From Candidatus Hadarchaeales archaeon (GTDB taxonomy: Archaea > Hadarchaeota > Hadarchaeia > Hadarchaeales > JAWBSP01): a stretch of DNA of 40,804 nt. Both the position numbers and the translations under genes were made by a program. Under the pieces are notes generated by a model. It worked only from the letters and a program-made list of their open reading frames with translations. It searched no databases and was not told the DNA's origin. Positions 17,564 through 27,270 of this stretch are shown piece after piece. The DNA lies in contig JAWBSP010000011.1 in NCBI GenBank assembly GCA_038842485.1, positions 1-40,804 on the forward strand, written 5' to 3'. Each line of letters opens with the position of its first letter. Position 1 is the stretch's first letter.

Positions 17564-18036
17564 TGGCTAAGCAGTCGGTCAAGGTGCTGGTAGAGGGAGG
17601 AAAAGCCACTCCAGGTCCACCACTTGGTCCCGCGTTAGGTGTGCTGGGTGTGAATGTTGCCCAGGTGGTGGCGAAAATAAACGAGGAAACCTCCCATCTG
17701 GAGGGCCTGAAGGTCCCAGTCACGGTGACGGTGGATACCAAGACCAAGCAGTTTGAGGTGAAGGTCGGGCTCCCTCCTGTTTCGGTCCTCATCAAGAAGG
17801 AACTGGGGGTGGAGAAGGGGGCCAAGACTCCGGGGAAGGAGACGGTGGGTGACCTGCCCTTTCAGAAGGTGGTGGAGATAGCCAAGGCCAGACAGGCGGT
17901 CACGCTGGCGAAGGGGCTGAAGGAGGCGGTCAGCGAGGTTCTGGGAACCTGCGTGAGTATGGGGGTAACAGTGGACGGGCTAGATCCCAGAGAGGTGCAG
18001 AGAGAGGTGAGGGAGGGAAAGCGGCAGGTGAGTTGA
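17563..18036 (+). CDS. rpl11: 50S ribosomal protein uL11
   Basis: GGKATPGPPLGPALG and GTCVSMG motifs. Confidence 0.98.
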   Translation: MAKQSVKVLVEGGKATPGPPLGPALGVLGVNVAQVVAKINEETSHLEGLKVPVTVTVDTKTKQFEVKVGLPPVSVLIKKELGVEKGAKTPGKETVGDLPFQKVVEIAKARQAVTLAKGLKEAVSEVLGTCVSMGVTVDGLDPREVQREVREGKRQVS

Positions 18037-18037
18037 G

Positions 18038-18676
18038 TTGAGGGAGTCGATTCTGGAGGCCCTGCGGGCGGCCAAGGCTGGTAAGAGCAGGAACTTCAAA
18101 CAATCGGTGGAGCTGATAATCTCCTTCAAGGGGATAGACCCGAAGAAGCCCGGGCAGCGAATCTCGGGGGAGGTCCTGCTACCCCATGGATGCGGTGAGC
18201 CTAAGAAGGTATGTGTTTTTGCGGAGAAGGAGCTTGCGGTTAGGGCGAGGGAGGCGGGGGCGGATGCCGTTCTGGGGCTGGATGACCTCAACAGGGTGGC
18301 TTCCAACAAGCGGGAGGCAAAGAAGCTGGTGGAGGGGTACGATTTTTTCCTAGCACAGGCTGACATGATTACCACCGTGGCCAAGCTCTTGGGGAAGTTC
18401 TTGGGGCCTAGGGGAAAAACCCCGAAACCCCTTTCCATTTCGGGAGTGCGGGAGACCCTCGAAAAGCTTCGCAGAACTTCCTACTTCAGGATGAAGGATC
18501 AGCCCATGGTGGCCCTCAAGATAGGGACGGAGGAGATGACCGACGAGCAGCTCGCGGACAATGCCGAGGCCGTAATCAAGAGCGTGGAACCCAAACTCCC
18601 CAAGGGTCTTTCACAGATCAAGTCGATGTATGTTAAGCTGACCATGGGTAGGCCGGTCAAGGTGAGCCTCAAATGA
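18038..18676 (+). CDS. rpl1: 50S ribosomal protein uL1
   Basis: RNFKQSVEL, LPHG, LGPRGK and KLTMG motifs. Confidence 0.97.
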   Translation: MRESILEALRAAKAGKSRNFKQSVELIISFKGIDPKKPGQRISGEVLLPHGCGEPKKVCVFAEKELAVRAREAGADAVLGLDDLNRVASNKREAKKLVEGYDFFLAQADMITTVAKLLGKFLGPRGKTPKPLSISGVRETLEKLRRTSYFRMKDQPMVALKIGTEEMTDEQLADNAEAVIKSVEPKLPKGLSQIKSMYVKLTMGRPVKVSLK

Positions 18677-19554
18677 GGAGGGAGGAGAAGGTCCAAGAGG
18701 TCGAGTCGCTGAAGGCGAAGCTTCGGGAGTTCCCAGTGGTCGCCATCGCCGATTTCACGGGCGTGCCGGCCGATCTCCTGCAGAACCTCAGACGTGAGCT
18801 CGCGGGTCAGGCGGAGATTAGGGTTTCAAAGCGCACCCTCATCGAGAGGGCCCTGAAGGAGGCCGGTAGACCGGGGCTTGAGCAACTGGTGCCCTACCTG
18901 AGGGGGCAGCCCGCCCTGATTTTCTCTAGGTTGAACCCCTTCAAGCTCTACCGCTTTCTGGAGGCGAGGAAGAGGAGGGTTCCAGCCAAGCCTGGTTCGG
19001 TCAGCTCGTCCGATGTGGTGGTACCGGCGGGGGAGATAGATCTTCCCCCCGGGCCGGCAGTTTCGACACTGCAGAAGATGGGGGCCAAGGCCAGGATTCA
19101 GGCGGGGAGAGTGGTGCTACAGGAGGACTTCAAGCTGTTGGCGGCGGGGGAGGTGGTGAGCAGCGAGAAATCTGATCTGCTGGCAAAGCTGGGTATCCTA
19201 CCGGTGGAGCAGAGTCTGAAAATCACGGCGGCCACGGAAGGGGGTCTTGTGTATCTCCCAGAGGTTCTGCGGGTTGATGAGAAGGAGATTTCCCAGCGGT
19301 TCCAGCAAGCGCATCTCAGCGCCTTCAATCTTTCGCTGAGCATCTGTTTCCCCACCTCGCAGACGATTCCGGTAATGGTTCAGAAGGCCCACCTCTCCGC
19401 CGTTCAGCTGGTTCTCAACCTGAGCTTTCCCGTCAAAGACTTCATGCCTCTCCTGCTTTCCAAGGCTGCAACCCACATGCTTGCTTTGGCGGCGGCGGTG
19501 AGGGGCAGAAACGAGAGCGCGCTAGATGAAGAAATAAAAGCACTGCTGGGGTAA
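18673..19554 (+). CDS. rpl10: 50S ribosomal protein uL10 (P0), lacking the acidic C-terminal tail
   Basis: NPFKLY, AKPG, PGP, LGILP motifs and three spine-helix repeats; operon position. Confidence 0.95.
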   Translation: MRREEKVQEVESLKAKLREFPVVAIADFTGVPADLLQNLRRELAGQAEIRVSKRTLIERALKEAGRPGLEQLVPYLRGQPALIFSRLNPFKLYRFLEARKRRVPAKPGSVSSSDVVVPAGEIDLPPGPAVSTLQKMGAKARIQAGRVVLQEDFKLLAAGEVVSSEKSDLLAKLGILPVEQSLKITAATEGGLVYLPEVLRVDEKEISQRFQQAHLSAFNLSLSICFPTSQTIPVMVQKAHLSAVQLVLNLSFPVKDFMPLLLSKAATHMLALAAAVRGRNESALDEEIKALLG

Positions 19555-19559
19555 GAAGG

Positions 19560-19865
19560 ATGGAGTACATCTACGCCGCTCTGCTGTTGCACTCCCTGGG
19601 CAAGAAGGTTGAGGAGGCAGCCCTCCTGAACGTGTTGAAGGCGGCAGGGGGGAATGTGGACGAGGCGAGGGTGAAAGCCCTAGTTTCCGCACTGGAGGGG
19701 GTAAACATAGACGAGGCCGTAAAGGCTGTTTCCATCCCCACGGTCGCGGCACCCGCACCCGCTCCCGCCCCAGCCACCCCGGCCCCGAAAGAGGAGAAGA
19801 AGGAGGAGAAAGAGGAGAAAAAGGAAGAGGAGGCGCTGGCTGGTCTGGGAGCTCTCTTCGGGTGA
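19560..19865 (+). CDS. rpl12: Stalk protein P1/aL12
   Basis: [12 protein letters not shown]-terminus, Ala/Pro hinge, acidic tail ending GLGALFG. Confidence 0.98.
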   Translation: MEYIYAALLLHSLGKKVEEAALLNVLKAAGGNVDEARVKALVSALEGVNIDEAVKAVSIPTVAAPAPAPAPATPAPKEEKKEEKEEKKEEEALAGLGALFG

Positions 19866-19938
19866 ATGAGATTTCCAGTACGTATTTGGCCGACCATTAC
19901 AGACGCGTAGAGTTTGACTGACTAAAAGCTTTGAACGA

Positions 19939-20267
19939 TGCACACGTGTGCAGTACCCAACCAAACCTTTGTCTTGGACTGGAACCGCTTCAGTCTGGCT
20001 TCAAAACAGATTTTTCCTCACGAGACGAACGAACCGTCAATCTTGGCAGCTTTCCGAACACGAGGCAGTGCACACGTGTGCAGTGACAGCACACGCGTCT
20101 CGGCAATCACCACGCACGCTAACTTGCAAGCCTCATGAGCTTCAAATGCTAGGTGTTTTTGGCAAGCAGGAAAGGACAGTAAACGTAAGATTTAAGATTT
20201 CTTCCATGTAACACGTGTTTCACCCACGACTTCCAATCTCTGTCTCCAGTGCAACACGTGTTTCACC
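19939..20267. repeat. Cluster of ACACGTGT-core palindromes
   Basis: TGCACACGTGTGCA at 19939 and 20069; AACACGTGTTTCACC at 20210 and 20253; degenerate GCACACGCGT near 20089. Confidence 0.85.
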
Positions 20268-20282
20268 TGCTCTTAGACATTT

Positions 20283-21254
20283 CTATGTGCTGGCTCGTTT
20301 CAGGTTTAGCTCGATTTTGAGATGCTTCAGGAATCTCCTCACCTTTTCCAGAGTTGGAAGGGCGGTGATCGCGCCAACCTCGGTCACACAAAGTGCGGCC
20401 ACCGCGCTGGCAAGGGTAGCGCACCCCTCCAGAGGGAGCCCTCTCAGCAGACCCACCTCGAACCCCGCGGCCCAAGCATCCCCTGCCCCCGTGGTGTCCC
20501 TGACCTTCACCCTGAAAGCTGGTATTCTTGCCCTTTCCCTCCCGGACACCACATAGCAGCCCTCTCCCCCCAGCTTGAGGCAGAGGTATTTGGGGCGGTA
20601 CTTCGAGGCGGCCTTCTCCACCTTCTCAGGCTCGCTGGTTCCGAACAGCCACTCGGCCTCCTCCCTTGCAAGCAGGAGGATGTCTGCCTTCTTCATGGCC
20701 TCATGGTAGACCCTTCTCAGCTCTTCGGGGTTCTCCCACAGATCCTCCCTTATGTTCGGGTCGAAGGCCACCATTGCCCCCGCCTGCCTAGCGAGCTCGA
20801 CCGCCTTCCCCATCGCCCCCCGGCATGGTTCGTGGGAGAGAGCCACCCCCGAATAGTGGAAAATCCTGACCCCAGAGAAGGTGGAGGGTCTCAAATCCGA
20901 GGGGGAGAGCATGGTATCGGCCGTTTCCGCCCAAGGCTTGCGGTAGAAGAAGAAATCCCTCTCCCCTCCCTCCCTCCGCAGGACGAAGGCTAGGGAGGTT
21001 CTTGCGTGCTTCACCACTACGCCCGAGATGTCGATCCCGTTCGCCTTCAGGGTGTCAAGTAGGAACTTTCCGAACTGGTCCTCCCCCACGGCGCAGAGGG
21101 CTCCCACCTTGGCCCCCAGTCTAGCCGCTCCGATGGCGGTGTTGAAGGGTGCTCCTCCAAAACACTTGCGGAAGGACAGAACCTTCGAGTATTCCCCCAC
21201 CTGCTCCGGGATCATGTCCACCAGGATTTCCCCCGCAGCCAGAAGTTCCACCAT
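20283..21254 (-). CDS. PfkB family sugar kinase (fructokinase/KDG kinase-like)
   Basis: GEILVDM, GGAPFN, FDPNIR and DTTGAGDAW motifs; likely start is the ATG at 21254. Confidence 0.93.
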   Translation of the reverse strand: MVELLAAGEILVDMIPEQVGEYSKVLSFRKCFGGAPFNTAIGAARLGAKVGALCAVGEDQFGKFLLDTLKANGIDISGVVVKHARTSLAFVLRREGGERDFFFYRKPWAETADTMLSPSDLRPSTFSGVRIFHYSGVALSHEPCRGAMGKAVELARQAGAMVAFDPNIREDLWENPEELRRVYHEAMKKADILLLAREEAEWLFGTSEPEKVEKAASKYRPKYLCLKLGGEGCYVVSGRERARIPAFRVKVRDTTGAGDAWAAGFEVGLLRGLPLEGCATLASAVAALCVTEVGAITALPTLEKVRRFLKHLKIELNLKRAST

Positions 21255-21327
21255 AGTTGTATAGCTCTGAGCAGTTAAGATTGGTAGGGTTTTCCCCTTT
21301 ATAGAGAGGGTCCACCAGAAACTCCCG

Positions 21328-21708
21328 ATGCGAACCGTCGCCAAGGTTGTGCTGGTGTTTCTCTTTATATCGGGAATTTTGGCGGTTCTGCTGAATCGCG
21401 GGGGGAGAACAAGGGCGGAAGTTTTGAAGGTGGTGGATGGCGACACCCTGCGGGTGCTCCTCAACGGGAAGAGGGAATATGTGAGGCTGGTCGGGATAGA
21501 TGCCCTCGAGCTGAAGCGTGGAGGGGAGAAGGCCAGGAACTTTCTCGCCCAGCTTTGTCCAGTCGGATCCACCATCTACCTCGAGATTTTCGGGAGGGAC
21601 AGGTACGGAAGGCTCTTGGCGGAGGTCTACACGGAGAACGGTTTGGATGTTAATCACGCTCTCTTGAAGGAGAACCTCGCCGTTCCCCTCGTTTCTCTCG
21701 ACCCCTAG
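21328..21708 (+). CDS. Thermonuclease (SNase) family protein with N-terminal membrane anchor
   Basis: VVDGDTL, VRLVGIDALE and DRYGRLLA motifs. Confidence 0.92.
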   Translation: MRTVAKVVLVFLFISGILAVLLNRGGRTRAEVLKVVDGDTLRVLLNGKREYVRLVGIDALELKRGGEKARNFLAQLCPVGSTIYLEIFGRDRYGRLLAEVYTENGLDVNHALLKENLAVPLVSLDP

Positions 21709-21911
21709 ACCCTCTTGGATGCCAGTCTTATGTCCTCCTCCCTAACGGTGCGCCGCTTGGCATGGGCTGCGAGCTTGACAGCCTCCGACGCTATCCGGAG
21801 GGCTTCCTCTTCCAAGGCTTCGACGAGGGCTTTGGCAGCCTCATCGCTAACCCTTTTGGCCCCCGCTTTCCTTATCAGCCGATCAGCCGTCGCCAAAGGG
21901 ATAATCGCCAA
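21705..21911 (-). CDS. Archaeal histone
   Basis: IPLA..RLIRKAGA.RVS..A..HAKR.TV..EDI histone fold; TTG start with GGAGGTGA RBS. Confidence 0.96.
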   Translation of the reverse strand: MAIIPLATADRLIRKAGAKRVSDEAAKALVEALEEEALRIASEAVKLAAHAKRRTVREEDIRLASKRV

Positions 21912-21985
21912 TTTTCACCTCCTTTTTTCAGATTACAACACAGAATATAAAGGTTTTTCGTCAGAACGCTCAAATTTGGCGGGAT

Positions 21986-22810
21986 TCAGGAAATAGCAAC
22001 GTCTAAGACGATGTGGTAGCACCTCGGGGCATAAGATCTCAGCTTTCGTGCTCCGAGTAACTCCACCCTCCTCCCACTCTTCTCCTTCAAAAAGTGCAGG
22101 GAGGGGGAGAAGGGATCGGGTTCCCTCCCGAAATCATAGAAGTGGACCACCCCGCCCTCAGGCTTAAGGGCGGTGAGGGCAGTGTCGAGGAACTCCCTGG
22201 CCTTTTCCGGCAGGGGCATGAGAACCCTGTCCGCCTTCTCTATTCCCTTCACGGCTTCCCTAGCATCCCCCAAGATGGGAATAACCTTATCCCCCACCCG
22301 GTTGAGCCGCACATTTTCGCACATGTAGCGGTAGGCCTCGGGGTTGAGATCTATCGAGTAGATTTTGGAGGCTGGGGAGTGGCGGGCGAGGATGATGGAG
22401 TAGCACCCCACCCCCGCGAAAAGATTGGTCACCACTTCCCCCTCCCTCACCAGTTTTGCGATCCGCAGGCGGTCGAAGGAGAGGCGGGGGGAGAAGTAGC
22501 TCTTGGCCAGATCCACCCTGAAAAGGCATCCGGATTCCCTGTGTATGGTTTCGGTTTTGGGCTCGCCCGCCACGAACTCGAGTCCCCTGGTTCGGTACAC
22601 CCCGCTCACGGGACTTGTCTGCAGGAGTACCGTTTTGACGTTCGAATGCACCTTGAGAACGGCCTCTCCTATCAGGGTTTTCTTCCCTAGCAGTTCCTCC
22701 GGCAGTCTCAGGATGGCGATGTCCCCCACTAGGTCGAAGGCCCTGATCTGCGCCAGCTCTTGCGGTCGGAGTACCCCCTCCAGTGCCTCACGAAGGCTTC
22801 TGGGCTTCAC
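21986..22810 (-). CDS. Trm5/Taw2 (Met-10+) family SAM-dependent tRNA modification enzyme
   Basis: FDLVGDIAI, HRESGC.F.VD, YFSPRL, FAGVG, DLNP and ADRVLMPLP motifs. Confidence 0.9.
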   Translation of the reverse strand: MKPRSLREALEGVLRPQELAQIRAFDLVGDIAILRLPEELLGKKTLIGEAVLKVHSNVKTVLLQTSPVSGVYRTRGLEFVAGEPKTETIHRESGCLFRVDLAKSYFSPRLSFDRLRIAKLVREGEVVTNLFAGVGCYSIILARHSPASKIYSIDLNPEAYRYMCENVRLNRVGDKVIPILGDAREAVKGIEKADRVLMPLPEKAREFLDTALTALKPEGGVVHFYDFGREPDPFSPSLHFLKEKSGRRVELLGARKLRSYAPRCYHIVLDVAIS

Positions 22811-23720
22811 GCTTCCAATAGGGTGATTTTAGATCCTCGAAGGCCGAGAGGGCTGCTACCGCTCCCTGTGAGCAGGCCACGACAATCTGCCTCGCCCCTC
22901 CCGTCACATCCCCTGCGGCGTAAACCCCAGGCACGCTGGTTCTCTGCGCAGCGTCCACGCTGATGTATCCATCCTCTCGGAGTCTCACCCCCAGTGGGAC
23001 CGCTAGGGAGGTGTTGGGGATTTCCCCCACCGCCACGAACACCCCCTCCACCGGAAGCTCCTCCCTCTCCCCAGATCGGGTGTTGAGCAACCTGAGGCCC
23101 TCCACCGAGTTCTTGCCCAGGATTCCCTCGACCACCCGGTTCAGCTTGAGGTTTACCCCCTCCAGCCTTCTCTGTAGGTGCTCTTCCGCCCTCAGTTCGC
23201 TCCTCCTGTGGATCAGGAAAACTTCGCAGCCGAGTTCCCGCAGATGGATGGCCTCCATGACGGCCGAGTTCCCTCCCCCCACCACCGCCACCCGCTTTCC
23301 CCTGAACAGCGGGCCGTCGCAGATGGCACAGTAGGAGAGCCCCCTACCCAGAAACTCCTCCTCCCGGGGCAGGCCCAGTTTTCTCCTAGAGGTGCCCGTG
23401 CAGAAGATTACAGCACTGGTTTGGTAGGAGTTCCGCCCAGTTCTTGCTTCGAAGCCTTGAGGGAGCCTCCTAACCTCGAGGACCTCTTCCCCCTCCCTTA
23501 CCGAGACATATTGCAGAGCGTGCTCCTTCAGCTTTTCGGCCAGCTCTTCGCCGGTTATCCTCTTCTCGCCAGGGAAGTTCTCAATTTGTGGGGCCTCCCG
23601 GAGCATGCCACCGGCCAGGCCCTTTTCCAGCACCAAGGCCCGTAGTCCCAGCCGCGATGCATAGATTCCTGCTGTGAGCCCAGCTGGTCCTCCCCCTATC
23701 ACGAGCAGTTCGAGGTCCAT
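22788..23720 (-). CDS. trxB: Thioredoxin reductase
   Basis: GGGPAGLTA, SYCAICDG, GGGNSA and AAGDV motifs. Confidence 0.95.
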   Translation of the reverse strand: MDLELLVIGGGPAGLTAGIYASRLGLRALVLEKGLAGGMLREAPQIENFPGEKRITGEELAEKLKEHALQYVSVREGEEVLEVRRLPQGFEARTGRNSYQTSAVIFCTGTSRRKLGLPREEEFLGRGLSYCAICDGPLFRGKRVAVVGGGNSAVMEAIHLRELGCEVFLIHRRSELRAEEHLQRRLEGVNLKLNRVVEGILGKNSVEGLRLLNTRSGEREELPVEGVFVAVGEIPNTSLAVPLGVRLREDGYISVDAAQRTSVPGVYAAGDVTGGARQIVVACSQGAVAALSAFEDLKSPYWKREAQKPS

Positions 23721-23763
23721 CCAAACATTGGGGGTCCCTGCTTTTTGCGAGCTTGCAGGTATG

Positions 23764-23889
23764 TGTTAGTGTAGTAACATAGGAGAGGGCAGGGGGTATC
23801 TGGTGATGTGTTACTATAGTAACATCAACATCAGCGGGGCATTCTGAATCGATTGATTTTGTTAGAAAAACAGTGTTACTATAGTAACA
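23764..23889. repeat. Three copies of the 16-bp palindrome TGTTACTATAGTAACA
   Basis: Perfect copies at 23809 and 23874, a 2-mismatch copy at 23764; located in the divergent trxB/pdxT gap. Confidence 0.88.
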
Positions 23890-23932
23890 TCGGAGGGGGC
23901 GTTGTTTAAGGGGATTTTTCCGTTCCATTTTG

Positions 23933-24550
23933 ATGGGGGGGTTAAGGATTGGGGTAGTGGGATTGCAGGGAGATGTTAGCGAGCACATTGAGGCCGTGAG
24001 AAGGGCAATGCAGAAGATGGACATCCAGGGAGAGGTGTTATGGGTAAGGGAACCAGGGCAGCTTGAGGGGCTGGATGGTCTTATCATCCCTGGTGGGGAG
24101 AGCACGACCATAGGCAGGCTGCTGGTGACGAGCGGAATGTTCGAGGAGATCAAGCGAAAGGCACAGGAGGGCATACCCATCATGGGTACCTGCGCAGGTC
24201 TGATTGTGCTTGCCAAGGAGGGTGACGAGCAGGTCAAGCGCAGCGGACAGCCACTGCTGGGTCTGATGGATATCAAGGTGATCAGGAACGCCTTCGGCAG
24301 GCAGCGTGAATCCTTCGAGGTGGATCTAGAGATTCCAGAGTTTGGGGGTACTCTCAGGTGCGTGTTCATCAGGGCACCGGTGATCGAGAAGGTGTGGGGT
24401 GAAACGAGAATTCTTGCCAAGTTCGGGGATAGGATAGTGGCGGCTAGGGAGGGGAATCTCTTGGCTCTATCTTTTCATCCCGAACTGACGGAGGACACGG
24501 CAGTCCACGAGTATTTCCTCAAGATGTGCTTGGAGCGGGTCAGATCCTGA
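23933..24550 (+). CDS. pdxT: PLP synthase glutaminase subunit
   Basis: LQGDV.EH, PGGESTT, GTCAG, RNAFGRQ, FIRAP and FHPE motifs. Confidence 0.97.
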   Translation: MGGLRIGVVGLQGDVSEHIEAVRRAMQKMDIQGEVLWVREPGQLEGLDGLIIPGGESTTIGRLLVTSGMFEEIKRKAQEGIPIMGTCAGLIVLAKEGDEQVKRSGQPLLGLMDIKVIRNAFGRQRESFEVDLEIPEFGGTLRCVFIRAPVIEKVWGETRILAKFGDRIVAAREGNLLALSFHPELTEDTAVHEYFLKMCLERVRS

Positions 24551-25367
24551 CGGGTACCCCCTTTTTCAGCAGGAATTCCTTAACTTCGCGTACCCTGTAT
24601 TTCCGATAATGGAAGATGCTTGCCGCGAGCGCCGCATCAGCCCTCGTCTTCTTAAAGACCTCGCACATGTGATCCGGATTTCCGCACCCTCCCGAGGCTA
24701 TCACAGGTATGTTCACCCTCTCGCTCACGACCTTGGTTAGCGGTATATCATAGCCCTCCTTGGTTCCGTCCCTGTCCATACTGGTCAGAAGTATCTCCCC
24801 AGCTCCCCTCTCCTCGACTTCCTGTGCCCACTTTATGGCATCCACTCCGGTGAATTCCCTACCTCCGTAGATTGAACACTCGTACCAGCAAAGACCCTCT
24901 GGGGTCTCGACAAGCACCCTGTTTTCTGCTTCTTTGGGTGAACTCACATACCTTCTCTTGGCATCGATGGCAACCACGCAGGCTTGGCTCCCAAAATATT
25001 TCGCCAGCTCGTTGACGAGATTTGGATTTTTAATTGCCGCGGTGTTTATGGCCACCTTGTCAGCCCCCGCATTAAAAACTCTTCTAGCATCCTCCTTGGT
25101 TCGAATTCCACCTCCCACCGTCAGGGGGACAAAGACCCTCTCAGAGGTCCTCTCGATCACCTTGATCATCGTCTCCCGTCGCTCGTGACTTGCCGTTATA
25201 TCAAGGAAGACTATTTCGTCCGCTCCCTCCTCATAATATCTCTCGGCCAGCTCCCAAGGGGTTCCGGCGTATTTTATATGTTTGAACTCCACGCCCTTGA
25301 CCACCCTTCCCTCCGGAACGGCCAGGTCGCAATCTAGGCAGGGGATTATCCTGCGACAGAGCGTCAT
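24540..25367 (-). CDS. hisF: Imidazole glycerol phosphate synthase cyclase subunit
   Basis: [34 protein letters not shown] and ASGG motifs; the ATG at 25367 overlaps the hisH stop. Confidence 0.96.
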   Translation of the reverse strand: MTLCRRIIPCLDCDLAVPEGRVVKGVEFKHIKYAGTPWELAERYYEEGADEIVFLDITASHERRETMIKVIERTSERVFVPLTVGGGIRTKEDARRVFNAGADKVAINTAAIKNPNLVNELAKYFGSQACVVAIDAKRRYVSSPKEAENRVLVETPEGLCWYECSIYGGREFTGVDAIKWAQEVEERGAGEILLTSMDRDGTKEGYDIPLTKVVSERVNIPVIASGGCGNPDHMCEVFKKTRADAALAASIFHYRKYRVREVKEFLLKKGVPVRI

Positions 25368-25957
25368 AGCTTCAAAAAGTTCTCGAGCATTTTCAGACCG
25401 ACCTTTCCGCTCTTCTCGGGATGGAACTGGGTTCCGTACATATTTCCCTTCCAAACTGCGGCGGTCACCCTGCACCCGTACTGGGTGGTGGCGGCAACAA
25501 CATCTTCTTCGGGCTCGGCGTGATAGGAGTGAACGAAATATACGTAGGCGTCGTTCAACCCTTCAAAAAGTGGGCACTCCTTCTCGATTTTCAGGGAATT
25601 CCAGCCCATGTGGGGGAGCTTTAGGCGGGTCGGCATCCTAACCACTCGACCTTTTATCAGACCCAGTCCTTTCACCCCAGGTGACTCCTCAGACCCCTCA
25701 AAGAGTATGTGCAGTCCCAGGCAGATCCCGAGGAAAGGGGTCCCAGACCTCAAGGCCTCAAGAATCTTCGGGACAAAAGGTCTCAGGTTTTTCATCCCGT
25801 TCCCGAAGCTCCCGACTCCCGGAAGCACTATCCTCTCAGCATTTAGCTTCGAGGGAGATCTGACGATGGTGGGTTCCACTCCCAGGTACTTGAAGGCATT
25901 CCAAACGCTTTTTATATTACCCATTCCGTAGTCTATCACCGCAAGTTTCATGACCAT
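25364..25957 (-). CDS. hisH: Imidazole glycerol phosphate synthase glutaminase subunit
   Basis: DYGMGN, LPGVG, GICLG, PHMGWN, YFVHSY and QFHPEKS motifs. Confidence 0.96.
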   Translation of the reverse strand: MVMKLAVIDYGMGNIKSVWNAFKYLGVEPTIVRSPSKLNAERIVLPGVGSFGNGMKNLRPFVPKILEALRSGTPFLGICLGLHILFEGSEESPGVKGLGLIKGRVVRMPTRLKLPHMGWNSLKIEKECPLFEGLNDAYVYFVHSYHAEPEEDVVAATTQYGCRVTAAVWKGNMYGTQFHPEKSGKVGLKMLENFLKL

Positions 25958-25978
25958 CAATTTGTACGTTTCTGAAGT

Positions 25979-26869
25979 TTAGTTCCCCCTCAGCTGAAGC
26001 TTTTGCGTCTCCTGCAGCGTGCGTATATCAATTCCCTTCATTGGCTGGGGGAGGTTTTTGCATGCCTCTAAAACCGCCTCGGGGTCGTCGTAATTTCTGG
26101 TTGCCTCCACGATGGCTCTCGCCATGCGTGCAGGATCGCTCGACTTGAAAATGCCCGAACCCACGAATATTCCATCGACGCCAAGCTGCATGACTAGGGA
26201 TGCATCAGCCGGTGTGGCAATCCCCCCCGCCGCGAACCAGACCACGGGCAGTCGTTGCAATTTTGCGGTTTCTTCAAGCAAGCGCACCGAAACTCTGTAC
26301 TCCTCCGCCTTTTTCTCTAGCTCGCTGCGGTCGAGTTTCGAGAGCTCGGCTATCTGTCTTTTGGTAAGCTTTATGTGCCTAACCGCCTCGACCACATTCC
26401 CGGTACCGGCCTCCCCCTTGGTTCTAATCATCGCTGCCCCCTCCTCTATCCTCCGAAGAGCTTGACCAAGGTCATAGGCCCCGCACACGAATGGAACCTT
26501 AAACTTATGCTTGTCTATATGGGCTTCCTCATCTGCGGGGGTGAGGACTTCACTCTCATCTATCATGTCCACGCCGAGTGCTTCCAGCACCTGGGCCTCG
26601 GCGAAGTGACCGATCCGGCACTTTGCCATGACGGGGATGGTTACGGCATCCATTATCGCCTTTATGATGGCAGGATCGGCCATTCTTGCCACCCCTCCAG
26701 CCGCCCGTATGTCCGCCGGAACAGCTTGGAGGGCCATCACCGCCACCGCCCCCGCCTCCTCGGCGATTCTGGCCTGCTCTGGGGTGGTGACATCCATGAT
26801 AACACCACCCTTCTGCATCTTGGCGAAGCCCCTCTTCAGCCTCTCGGATCCGACGATGATTTCTACCAT
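25979..26869 (-). CDS. pdxS: PLP synthase lyase subunit
   Basis: [31 protein letters not shown] and [11 protein letters not shown] motifs. Confidence 0.98.
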   Translation of the reverse strand: MVEIIVGSERLKRGFAKMQKGGVIMDVTTPEQARIAEEAGAVAVMALQAVPADIRAAGGVARMADPAIIKAIMDAVTIPVMAKCRIGHFAEAQVLEALGVDMIDESEVLTPADEEAHIDKHKFKVPFVCGAYDLGQALRRIEEGAAMIRTKGEAGTGNVVEAVRHIKLTKRQIAELSKLDRSELEKKAEEYRVSVRLLEETAKLQRLPVVWFAAGGIATPADASLVMQLGVDGIFVGSGIFKSSDPARMARAIVEATRNYDDPEAVLEACKNLPQPMKGIDIRTLQETQKLQLRGN

Positions 26870-26988
26870 CTAATAACCTCCGTACCTCATTACCATTTAA
26901 AATTGCCTCGGGAAGACACTCCTTTCGAGCGGGGAGGGATCCTCGATACACTCCCACCCACCTCTCGGCTGGGGGGCGGGCGATTGGC

Positions 26989-27270
26989 TCACCCTTTCCA
27001 TATCCCGACAACGAGTCCCAAAGCGAAGGTTGCAACCGAATAGGGGAGGGTTCCGATCACACTTTGGGACCACGCGCTGAGGGTGGGCAGAAACTCCGAG
27101 GCCCGCTTCCACAGGTCGGGCAGGGTAAAGGTTGCGGCACCGGTCAGCGCAAGCAGGGCCACGATGGCAATAGCCAAGGTGACGAGTTTAATGGCCTGCT
27201 TCACGAAGAGCCCGATCAGGAGACCGAACACGAAGGGCAGAACCAGCGGAAAGAGCCACTCAAAGCTCAT
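26989..27270 (-). CDS. Small membrane protein, FUN14-like
   Basis: GLLIG..K.A.K pattern with three hydrophobic segments ending G..KG; coupled to ilvE. Confidence 0.65.
   Translation of the reverse strand: MSFEWLFPLVLPFVFGLLIGLFVKQAIKLVTLAIAIVALLALTGAATFTLPDLWKRASEFLPTLSAWSQSVIGTLPYSVATFALGLVVGIWKG

Noticed and set aside
20210-20267. Bacterial parS half-sites (TGTTTCAC)
   Set aside because: Only half of the 16-bp parS palindrome is present, and there is no parAB in the window.
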